Shown here: piece by piece, positions 22,601 to 29,192 of the stretch | Layout: each line of letters opens with the position of its first letter | Position numbering within the stretch: the stretch's first letter is position 1 | Virus record (IMG/VR): IMGVR_UViG_3300025782_000004 | DNA: 64,000 bases | DNA from: an uncultured virus (IMG/VR IMGVR_UViG_3300025782_000004) | Taxonomy: Duplodnaviria; Heunggongvirae; Uroviricota; Caudoviricetes | Reading direction: 5' to 3' (one strand) | Made by a program: the position numbers and the translations under genes | Notes under the pieces: model-generated | The model's input: the letters and a program-made list of their open reading frames with translations, nothing else | The model's database searches: none | What the model was told of the DNA's origin: nothing

Positions 22601-23805
22601 ATCGTATAATTGCATTCAATGGAAATGTTGATCTTGCTCTGACTCAGTGGGGGATAGAATATCCAGGAGTTAAGGTCGACGGCAACACATTTGTTGGAAA
22701 TGTATTTGACACCACTATACAAAGTTTCTATGGTAATACCTTAGGTATTAATCCTTATGATATTAACATCGACGGTGGTGCTTATATCAGCAACTTTAGT
22801 AGTCATGCACCAGAAGAATTGGTTCCTGGATACATGCGTGATAGTTTGGATCTAACAGTCTATGATACTGCTAATGTAGCATTTAGAGAATTTAATACAA
22901 TCGCTGGCAATTTGCAGTTCTACAGAATTGCTAATGCCAATGTTACTACTCTAGCATCAAATCTACGCTTAACAGACACAAGTATTTTAGTCGCTAACGC
23001 TGCAAACTTGCCCAAACCAAATCCAGCACTAAACACTCCGGGTTCTGTTATTATCAACGGCGAAAGAATTACCTACTGGAGAAACTATGCGTTAGAAACT
23101 CCGGTTACTTGGACAGCTAATGCTAGTATTCCTGTTAATACTTTGATAACTCACACTAGCAACCTTTATCTAGTTACAGGAAACGTCTATAGCACTTCAT
23201 TTGCAAATATTTCTGCCAATATCACACAGGTTGTTGCTAATACCCTGGCACAGATACGTCGTGGTGTGGATGGAACATATACTCCAGCAATCCAATTGGC
23301 CAATAGCCGCGTGGTAGATGCAAGTATACAACAAATGGTTCCGGGCAGCTACACAACTCCTGCAAATATTGGCTTATACAATAAAACCTATACTGTAACA
23401 GGAAATGTAAGTTACAAACTAAGAGTAAGTGCCAATATAACAGCTAACGTTGGTGATTACATTAACCAAGTCTTTGCTAACACCGCGGTAGCAGCAAATC
23501 TACGTGTTTTGGGAAATACTACAGGAAATACTGTACCAGTTATTTTTATTGCTGGCCATATCAGCACACTAGCTAATACCATTACTGTTAACGGTGTAAC
23601 TGCTACAGGTGCAAACGTAGTAAGTGCATCTATTTTAGGTACAGTAAATTCAGCTGGTAATGTGACTATTGCGGCTAACACAGTCTTAGCAACCAGCAAT
23701 ATTTGGACTAGTGCTAATTCTAGTTTAGATTCAAGTACTACCGCACAAGCTACTTTCTTAAAAGCTAGCCTAAGCTACTATGCTATACCAGGAACGACCC
23801 CATGA
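13633..23805 (+). CDS. Giant (3390-aa) baseplate wedge/virion protein in the gp7 position
   Basis: Uninterrupted 10.2-kb ORF coupled to gp6. Contains FYQGYIKQKGT, EIKPY and GTGYISPPQISI-type repeats seen in T4-like wedge proteins. Confidence 0.7.
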   Translation: MPLINTINFLPSPFRTTTNQRFLGATLDQLTIDAFNIPVNGYIGRTFAPTYKLGDNYVAETTSLRQNYQLEPSVVVKDANQNVVLNSTFQDFLQNISVAGGFANNQQRLFTSEYYNFDGHFDYDKFVNYNNYYWIPGGPDAVSVSAGSTPYLATYTVTRNTSVNGYTFSGLGPNPDIQITLARGGTYTFNVNQPGFNFWIQTKPGTSGVDPNISTVSTRQIFGVQNNGTDNGQIIFNVPKASAQDFYTEMPIAATVNAAVTFNYTDIQNQLLSTFLKNFPDGLDGVTNQLQNKTFIFINNQTDPAYWTTPAIPDAFTGVNTSPIAAGSVITGVALTNTWKINLVPSGNDYLIQVQPDSTVAVQQRVFVDSGKTYASTQFWLNTNYQYLAVPVVTAAADYLYYQDSANPDFVGQIKIVDNTTVPINITSDIIGQKYYTSPNGVVFTNGLKIQLDSLVVPASYANNQYYVEGVGTSIQLVPVAQLVVPESFGTEILTTADYITINRASQDRNAWSRTNSWFHVDVLNAVSKYNQTPVNYGPNIPGRRAIIEFEPNLQLFNFGRQAKANVDLITFDSTDAFVNIEGQESYTLDGTPLVKGMRVIFANDYDTTVSNEIWQVDFEVVDSVTGNPYLRLIPTSDDPVVTGENVLVTQGANSGKTYWFDGTNWHECQEKTALNQEPLFDLIDTNGYSFSDSTVYPSSTFTGTKIFGYAHGTGTNDSVLGFPLTYQNFNNVGDIVFNNFYDTGTFTYNNSGTVETVACDSGYIQKNIDLTATTKLTNWTTGVQPTEQYQVITKFFDGYVAEINGVNYAFVQIDVLPESSTNIPYVKVFLNNTLLNPNTDYQIVNYGIYYVVTLNTMPASGDKIDVAIFSSATSTFGYYEVPENLDFNPLNETFTTITLGQLRTHYNKLIENTSISATESIPHQDQYLKAQGGTILQQSSPLVYGMTFLSDPVVNYIKGITLARKEYQRFKNKFLSLCATLQGLDYNDPAAGVDAILSNINAVKNNTFPWYYSDMVPQGNNYTTTTYTVLNARQTAYEINSIFDVTKLSNRAVLVYLNGKQLVANHIDFYYDSVSPSVVILVPLKVGDVITIRDYSNTDGNYVPETPTKLGLYQEFIPSIYTDDTYVTTTQVILGHDGSITPAFGDFRDQYLLELEKRIYNTLKTDYNTLNVLNLYDTVPGRFRTTDYSLSEWNQLITKNFLQWVGSNSVDYTTNSTYNQGNPWTWNYSQFPDSVDGSYLQGSWRAVYKYWFDTDQPHLSPWEMLGFSQQPTWWSTRYGPAPYTNGNTTLWEDLETGYIWNGSNTTAYNDTRFARPGLSGTLTGTRGFIPVDSAGNLLDPTRIGIIGILNSSSAGNSWQVGEQGPVETAWRRSSDYPYAIQQALALARPAEYFSTQIDLSRFYKNSVTGQFSNSVNQKITPSLLTVNGDTVTKPGTVLRTAGYLNWISDYVKNLGIDPVAKIESYFSNFNVQLAYRVAGFTDQNLITVSAEQTSPGSTNASIIIPNENFNIYVGDPMPSSVVTYSGVVVTRTATGYSVAGYDTTYPFFTILPSIVNSKSSTVKSNNLTATIYQDGATTTMAIPYGTTFSTVQQVADFLVSYQRYLTKQGFVFDQFDSDLSMTRDWTLSVQEFLYWVQQNWSVGTVIVLNPVFDTLKFQANGSVVGEITNLPNDSRLLDTNFAPIKSNNFDILRQDTPFGNAFQINTLNGLTGIGFAQLNLIQFETTLIFDNVDNFGDIIYVPSQGTRQYRLKLSGAKTGLWDGSISATGYIYSNPQIKNWQPGTDYRQGDIVLYNNNYYTAPNDIVASQQFSLTSWTQISASDIQTGLLPSFGHNAQVFQNIYDVDNPPQDKNFQTFSAGLIGFRDRPFLGNLGLSIPTQTKFYQGYIKQKGTQNAITSLTKATFDNLKSTISTYEEWAFQVGQYGDITSNQYTEFVLDQSVFLTNPVAFTAYNSYNAGNIIVNLAVTGNTTTSNVYNASNIYSTTTSLYNNRNNVTYPADLPTCGYVNLADVTYQIFDITTVTTLPTLSAGNTIWVAKDANANWNVFRVNSTGLTATTLNYTLDNFAQVVFNTTHSFNIGDYIVLQNFNTAYDGLYQVAGIPTSTSVTVTLQNPSTLIGVGGAITGVGTVFVFQSVVLATSNTIGNNPPYGGWVSGDIVWVTNDLEPSATGWATYTYNGSSWSRTRQQQPSVDITSINRTFIYNKLNNVILAALDFVDPAKGKVLNAVGQDIDYQLTTDPAYYSAGTGETQTNFYWGPQQVGKIWWNVDQVRYINYEQDALIYRLNNWGATFPGSQILVCEWVESPVLPSQYVATVGDGVPLYPDDTAYSTYGSVGPSGNVTVTYYFWVVNKTSINTSAGKSNSAYNIAIAIKNPQAQGIPYATVLRDDTIALYNINQYLVGQNSVLHIDSKNIASMGLIHSEYSLVQEGNPISQIPSVIERKLVDSLAGQDSAGNPVPDPALTPAQAYGIQIRPRQSMFIDQTLARSNYITYVNDVLIAYPVIENKLLTTLNSQENPPGPNAGAYSLTVDTYSELSYIDTGLITTGYAVLVNTDTNNHNKWAIYTWNTPTTGKWNLSRVQRYKTNHYWNYADWYETGYDYTVAPDVTVSNLLDYGKLTLVAGQYIKVLNNGNDQFVVYYVNSDLTTTLVGIQNGTIQFSTGTIPALEMRELALAIQNDIFINDLASNYNQLFFTMVKYALTEQKNLDWVFKTSFLSAKQYIRALAQFPSYIADNQQYYLDYINEIKPYRTTVRQFVVDYQGNDQYSGDMSDFDLPPYWDANLSVYRSPSGEQSYDTALLSTTDSVYSSWYNNYKSQVVAIVVETPGTGYISPPQISIVGGDGTVANAAVAYATLNGSGGIGEIIVTAAGNNYTTTPTVVINGTGTGASAYAVLRNVYDGNQQGHNVVRTINTTIKFDRVNYTAPNTFVFWSNITSANVGQTIPANTIIVNNGLLYLVGNTVTIDANVDFPFANVSTISSSSFNNANDRIIAFNGNVDLALTQWGIEYPGVKVDGNTFVGNVFDTTIQSFYGNTLGINPYDINIDGGAYISNFSSHAPEELVPGYMRDSLDLTVYDTANVAFREFNTIAGNLQFYRIANANVTTLASNLRLTDTSILVANAANLPKPNPALNTPGSVIINGERITYWRNYALETPVTWTANASIPVNTLITHTSNLYLVTGNVYSTSFANISANITQVVANTLAQIRRGVDGTYTPAIQLANSRVVDASIQQMVPGSYTTPANIGLYNKTYTVTGNVSYKLRVSANITANVGDYINQVFANTAVAANLRVLGNTTGNTVPVIFIAGHISTLANTITVNGVTATGANVVSASILGTVNSAGNVTIAANTVLATSNIWTSANSSLDSSTTAQATFLKASLSYYAIPGTTP

Positions 23806-23811
23806 TAAATA
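23804..23811 (+). promoter_or_regulatory. Late promoter motif GATAAATA
   Basis: At the end of the giant gene, upstream of a GAGGA ribosome site and GTG 23844. Confidence 0.55.
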
Positions 23812-23843
23812 CAGATAACAAACAAAATTTAGAGGAAAAAGCA

Positions 23844-24488
23844 GTGGAAAAAACAACAAAACGTCCAGATGAAAATACTGGAATTTATGTACGTGGACAC
23901 ATCAAAATTTTTGATCCTGAGACTAAGGAAGTCTTTATTGACAAGCCTAATGCAATCCACTATGAAAACATGAGTCAGGCGTTGGCTTGGTCAATTGCCA
24001 ACAAGGGCGAAAATTTTATTTACGAAATGGATTTTGGTAACGGTGGTACTTCAGTAGACCCCACGGGTATTATCACATATCTGCCTACAAATACAGTAGG
24101 TCAAAATGCTAATCTCTATAATCCAACATACAGTAAAATTGTTGATAATACTAGTGCTGCAAATCCAAATCCTGCTAATAACAACATGACTGTGACACAT
24201 ATTCCTGGTACAGTTTATACAGACATTTTAGTCAGTTGTTTGTTAGACTACGGTGAGCCCAACGGACAGTTAAATTTTGACAACAGCCAAAACTTAAACG
24301 GCGAGTTTGTATTTGATGAGTTGGGTCTACGTGGCCGCTCAACAGATGGCACCTCAGGATTAACTTCAACAGGTTTACTACTAACACACGTGGTGTTTAT
24401 GCCTGTACAAAAATCACTGAATCGATTAATTCAAATTGACTATACTGTTCGAATTCAAACACTAACAAATTTAAGCAGTCAGGTATAA
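23844..24488 (+). CDS. Baseplate/tail-fibre attachment structural protein
   Basis: Lies between the wedge and fibre genes, with FDELGL...LLTHVVF.PVQKSLNR.IQIDY. GTG 23844 preferred over ATG 23802 because of the GAGGA site. Confidence 0.6.
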   Translation: MEKTTKRPDENTGIYVRGHIKIFDPETKEVFIDKPNAIHYENMSQALAWSIANKGENFIYEMDFGNGGTSVDPTGIITYLPTNTVGQNANLYNPTYSKIVDNTSAANPNPANNNMTVTHIPGTVYTDILVSCLLDYGEPNGQLNFDNSQNLNGEFVFDELGLRGRSTDGTSGLTSTGLLLTHVVFMPVQKSLNRLIQIDYTVRIQTLTNLSSQV

Positions 24489-24492
24489 TATC

Positions 24493-26061
24493 ATGAGTTA
24501 CATTATTAACTTAACAAACGGAAACGTTTTAACACAAGTACAAGATGGTACCACTAATACCAATACTGGTATAACCTTAATTGGTCGTAATTACACTAAC
24601 TACGGTCAAACACAAAACGATAACTTTGTTAGGTTATTAGAAAACTTTGCTGACGCAAATCCGCCAACAATCAGTTCGCTAGCATATACTCCGCTGGTTG
24701 GAACTCTATGGTACGATAGTGTTAATCAAATAATCAAAGTTTATGATGGATCAAATTGGTATCCAGTGAGTCAGCGCATTAACGCTAGCTCTGCTCCGGT
24801 AGCTGACAATGTTGGCGACCAATGGTATGATACGGTTAATCAACAGACTAAACAATGGAATGGTACAAACTGGCAACTAATTGGACCAGCATATTCAGTA
24901 AGTCAAGGACTTAGCGGAATTCAAATTGAGTCCCTAACTGATAGCTTCCCCACAACACACGCAGTATCGAGTGAGTACGCACAGGGTCAGCTGGTATCTA
25001 TCACGAGTAGTGGCGCATTCACGTTACCCAATCAATACCACGGCTTTACTACAATCACCGCCGGATTAAACGTTGCTAACAATGTTGTAATAAATCAATC
25101 ATTGACAACCAATGGTACTTCAACATTCAATAGTCCTGCTACAGTAAATGCACAGTTAAATTCGCAGTCTATTGTTCCAAATACTACCGGCGTATATAAT
25201 TTAGGTTCTGGAACAAAAACATATAATGATATAAATTTAAGTGGAAATATTGCATTTGCTTATGCAAACATTCACTTTACCAGCAACAATAATTTAATTT
25301 TACATAATCGTGCATATTTGGGCAACGTTGATATCTATGTAAATTCAACAGTTGGTAATGTTAAGGCATTAGAAGTCAGTGGATCATCGGGGTTAATTAC
25401 CGTATTAAATGATCCAACAACTCCATATCAAATAGCTACAAAAAATTATGTTGATAACAATATTGCCAATGTTAATACAATAATTACTTCTGTTAATTCA
25501 TCATTGACATCTGGAATTAATCAATTACGTACTGATACTGGTAATTACATGACGGCTAACGTAGCCAATATCAATGCCAATGCTGTTATTTTCCAAACAA
25601 GTACCAATGCCAATATCACAGCTGCTAACTTGGCTATTTCTGCATTAGTATCAAACACAGGAGTTTTGGCAAACAGTATACAGATCAACAATGCGAACGA
25701 ACTTGCATTGGCCAATGCTATTGTAACAGCCAATACCGGTGTAGTTAGTTATGTTAATACCTTAAATGCTAGACAAACTTCTAATTTAAATACGGTAAAC
25801 ACTAACTTGACCAATAGTATTGCTCTTTTGGCAACTAGTACTGCGGCTAATCTAGCAACTGCTGTAGCACCATTGGCTACTATTGCAAGTCCAACATTTA
25901 CCGGTACACCAAAAGCGCCCACCCCAACAGCGGGAGATAACAGCACACGGATAGCGACCACAGCATTTGTGGAAACAGCGATAGCTAACCAAGTTACTTA
26001 TACTGTATCAAGTAATCCACCATCCGGTACCCCAACATATAGTTTCTGGTTCCAGGTATAA
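24493..26061 (+). CDS. Tail fibre protein
   Basis: N-terminal anchor shared with 27496 and 29193. ASPTFTGTPKAPT...STRIATTAFV fibre repeat. Asn-rich coiled region. Confidence 0.85.
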   Translation: MSYIINLTNGNVLTQVQDGTTNTNTGITLIGRNYTNYGQTQNDNFVRLLENFADANPPTISSLAYTPLVGTLWYDSVNQIIKVYDGSNWYPVSQRINASSAPVADNVGDQWYDTVNQQTKQWNGTNWQLIGPAYSVSQGLSGIQIESLTDSFPTTHAVSSEYAQGQLVSITSSGAFTLPNQYHGFTTITAGLNVANNVVINQSLTTNGTSTFNSPATVNAQLNSQSIVPNTTGVYNLGSGTKTYNDINLSGNIAFAYANIHFTSNNNLILHNRAYLGNVDIYVNSTVGNVKALEVSGSSGLITVLNDPTTPYQIATKNYVDNNIANVNTIITSVNSSLTSGINQLRTDTGNYMTANVANINANAVIFQTSTNANITAANLAISALVSNTGVLANSIQINNANELALANAIVTANTGVVSYVNTLNARQTSNLNTVNTNLTNSIALLATSTAANLATAVAPLATIASPTFTGTPKAPTPTAGDNSTRIATTAFVETAIANQVTYTVSSNPPSGTPTYSFWFQV

Positions 26062-26063
26062 TA

Positions 26064-27458
26064 ATGTCACGTCAACCCTATGTGAATAATAACAACACAT
26101 GGAGTCCGGTAAAAGGACTGTGGGTTGATAACGGCGGTACATGGACACAAGCCAAAGGCATGTGGGAAAATCAAAATGGCGTTTGGGTACGTGTTTGGCC
26201 ACCTGATCCTGTTACTGCACAGATTCTAGTAGTGGGTGGAGGCGGTGGCGGAGGCGGCCCATCCGGATACGAAGGTGGCGGCGGAGGAGGAGCTGGCGGA
26301 GTAGTCTATAGCTCGAGCACAGTCATCTCAGCAATTAATACTACATATACTGTGGTAGTTGGCGCAGGTGGTGCACAAGATAACAATGGTGGCAATTCTA
26401 GTTTTGGATCTGCTAGCTTAGTAGTTGACACCGTAGATCAAACAATATATGAAGCACCTTATCCGGTATATACTGGATTTTTAAATCAGTACGGAGTATG
26501 GAATTCTAATCCACCATCAGGTGCTCCTGCTGGAACAATTACATTAAATTATACAACTTATTTGGCAAATGGTGGGACATACACACTAATAACCAGTGCA
26601 GATAATCACACTAACAGTATTAGCTTCAACGGCGGATCATCTGTCCTGAGTGAAGATCAATGGTGGAATACAGCATCCACTACAGTATCACTTCCACCAG
26701 GAACAAACACTATAACCATCACAGCAACAAATGATGAGGGTCCTGCAAGCGTAGCAGCAGCTCTAATTGATTCTAGTGGCAATGTTGTTTGGAACACCCG
26801 CAGTCCCTTAAACGGTCAAACACACATAGCAGGACTATTAGCTTTGGGTGGTGGCCATGGCGGATACGGCCCTACACAAAATGGCCCGGGAGCAAATGGC
26901 GGATCTGGCGGAGGAGGCTCAGGATACGTTCAATCAGCCTCAGGTGGGCAAGGATATCCTGGTCAAGGAAACCCGGGCGGTGTGGGTGTCTGGCAAGGTT
27001 ACGGACAAGCTGGCGGCGGCGGCGGGGGAGGATATCTTACCGCAGGCAACGGTTCTAACGGTAACCAAGGCGGTGATGGTGGTGATGGTGCAATATTTAC
27101 AGTTGTTGGTCAATCTTACTCAGTAGGCGGTGGGGGCGGTGGCGGCTACGGAAATCAAAGTTCTGGCGGTACAGGTCCTGGCGGTCAAGGTGGATTTGGC
27201 GGTGGCGGCTCAGGTAATGGCGGTAATGGAGTAAATGGCACTGGGGGTGGTGGCGGTGGCGACGAACACTCGGGCATCGTACCTGGCGGACAGGGCGGAT
27301 CGGGTGGAGTTTATGTTGGTTATGTAAGCCCAACTGGACAACCATTATTTCAAGGCGGGGACAGCATAAACATTGTAACAAATGCAGATTTCTCTGCGAA
27401 TATCGTACACATTTTCCAAACTCCGGGTACATATTCATTGGTTGGACTCAATACATAA
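26064..27458 (+). CDS. Glycine-rich tail-fibre tip/adhesin-like protein
   Basis: Trp-rich N-terminus and many GGGGG motifs flanking a central non-Gly domain. Follows a fibre gene. Confidence 0.7.
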   Translation: MSRQPYVNNNNTWSPVKGLWVDNGGTWTQAKGMWENQNGVWVRVWPPDPVTAQILVVGGGGGGGGPSGYEGGGGGGAGGVVYSSSTVISAINTTYTVVVGAGGAQDNNGGNSSFGSASLVVDTVDQTIYEAPYPVYTGFLNQYGVWNSNPPSGAPAGTITLNYTTYLANGGTYTLITSADNHTNSISFNGGSSVLSEDQWWNTASTTVSLPPGTNTITITATNDEGPASVAAALIDSSGNVVWNTRSPLNGQTHIAGLLALGGGHGGYGPTQNGPGANGGSGGGGSGYVQSASGGQGYPGQGNPGGVGVWQGYGQAGGGGGGGYLTAGNGSNGNQGGDGGDGAIFTVVGQSYSVGGGGGGGYGNQSSGGTGPGGQGGFGGGGSGNGGNGVNGTGGGGGGDEHSGIVPGGQGGSGGVYVGYVSPTGQPLFQGGDSINIVTNADFSANIVHIFQTPGTYSLVGLNT

Positions 27459-27468
27459 CTGAATTAGC

Positions 27469-27476
27469 GATAAATA
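27469..27476 (+). promoter_or_regulatory. Late promoter motif GATAAATA
   Basis: Intergenic, upstream of ATG 27496. Confidence 0.65.
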
Positions 27477-27495
27477 AGTAAAAGCGATAGATAAA

Positions 27496-29166
27496 ATGTC
27501 ATATACAATAACAACAAGCGACGGATCCGTACAAATTACCATACCAGATGGTGGTTTTAATTCTACCACTAGTCTTATTTTACCAGGACCTAATGCCACT
27601 GGTTACGGACAATATCTAGATCAAAATTTGCTACAATTATTAGAAAGTTTTGCTAGTAATTCTGCACCGTCAGGAACAAATCTTCAAGGTCAGCTTTGGT
27701 TTAACAAGGGTGATCAAACTCTAAACGTATTCACAACAGAAGGATATTTGCCAGTTAATGGACTTATCGTTTCTGCTTCCCAGCCAGTTAATGCAGTTTC
27801 TGGAAATACTTGGTTCAGCACAACAACTAATCAATACTATTTTTATGATGGTACTACATGGTTATTAATTGGCCCAATCTATACCAAAGCACAGGGAGTT
27901 AGCGGTGCAATTCCTGTTACAGTCAACGATGCAGTAGCAGTTGGGCAAACACACAATATTTTAAAACTACAGTTCGGCAACGTTACTCTAGCCACACTCA
28001 GCAGTGATGGCGCTTTTACTCCATCCCCGGCTATTACTGGTTTCCCAACGGTCTATTCTGGACTGACTATTAATAATAGTTTGTTTAATGGCCCTGGACA
28101 ATTTTACACAAATTCTAATACCGCTGCTTATTTGCCAACTGACCCAACAATCATAGGTATTAATGCAAACGTGTCAGCACTGGCAGTGGCAACACAGGCT
28201 AACTTGTCATTGGTCAATACTTCAATCATAGCTGCCAACGCTAATATAAAAATTTATACTGATGCTCAGATTAGCACAGTTAACACTAATTTAGTTAATA
28301 ACGTTGCTGCAATAAACTCTAACGTTTCAACACTAGCGTCAACAACTCAAACCAGTTTAACTAACATTAATTCAAATGTACAATTATTGACCACAGCATT
28401 GGCATCAAATGTATCGGCTATTAATTCCAATGTTGCTAACGTTTCTGTGGCGTGGCAAGCTAACGCAGCCAGTCAACAGACACAAATTGCTAATTTGACT
28501 GCCAACGTTTATAACAACAGCAACGTAGCCGCATACTTACCAACAAACTCAGGTGTAATAGGTGCCGCTACCCTACCATACAATACCAGCAACACAGCAG
28601 TAGCAACTACAGCATTTGTACAAAGTGTACTACCACGTGGTATGATTATTATGTGGGGAGGTATAACATCATCAATTCCTTCCGGTTGGCAACTATGTGA
28701 CGGATCTAACGGAACTCCAGATTTACGTGGTCAATTCATCATTGGTGCAGGTGGATCATACACAGTTGGCAATACTGGCGGAGCTACTAGTGCTGGGATT
28801 ACTATAACTAATCTTAATTTACCCGCACACTCACATACCTATAGCGGTACAGTTACAACTACCGGTACTACAAATACAGGCACCGCAGCAATAAATGATC
28901 CTGGACATCGACATCCAATATATACTCCTGGCGGTCAAGGATCAGTAAACTCAGGTAACGATTTAGTTGGAGATAGCGGATATCAAACAACACAACGCTA
29001 TACTGGAACTGTAACAACAGGTATTACAGACTCGGGCCATGCACATACATTCAGTGGTAGTGGATCATATTCTGGTACAACTGCTAATACAGGTGTTGGT
29101 AATCCTATTACAGTTAGTACTTTACCACCATTCTATGCCCTATGTTACATACAAAAAATGTACTAA
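27496..29166 (+). CDS. Tail fibre with tail-collar domain (gp12-like C-terminus)
   Basis: PRGMIIMW...IPSGWQLCDGSNGTPDLRGQF collar motif, HSH/HRH/HAH metal-binding motifs, and a PPFYALCYIQK end. Confidence 0.88.
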   Translation: MSYTITTSDGSVQITIPDGGFNSTTSLILPGPNATGYGQYLDQNLLQLLESFASNSAPSGTNLQGQLWFNKGDQTLNVFTTEGYLPVNGLIVSASQPVNAVSGNTWFSTTTNQYYFYDGTTWLLIGPIYTKAQGVSGAIPVTVNDAVAVGQTHNILKLQFGNVTLATLSSDGAFTPSPAITGFPTVYSGLTINNSLFNGPGQFYTNSNTAAYLPTDPTIIGINANVSALAVATQANLSLVNTSIIAANANIKIYTDAQISTVNTNLVNNVAAINSNVSTLASTTQTSLTNINSNVQLLTTALASNVSAINSNVANVSVAWQANAASQQTQIANLTANVYNNSNVAAYLPTNSGVIGAATLPYNTSNTAVATTAFVQSVLPRGMIIMWGGITSSIPSGWQLCDGSNGTPDLRGQFIIGAGGSYTVGNTGGATSAGITITNLNLPAHSHTYSGTVTTTGTTNTGTAAINDPGHRHPIYTPGGQGSVNSGNDLVGDSGYQTTQRYTGTVTTGITDSGHAHTFSGSGSYSGTTANTGVGNPITVSTLPPFYALCYIQKMY

Positions 29167-29169
29167 ATA
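29162..29169 (+). promoter_or_regulatory. Late promoter-like motif ACTAAATA
   Basis: TAAATA core overlapping the stop codon, upstream of GTG 29193. Confidence 0.45.
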
Positions 29170-29192
29170 TAACAGTATTCAAAGGATAAAGC

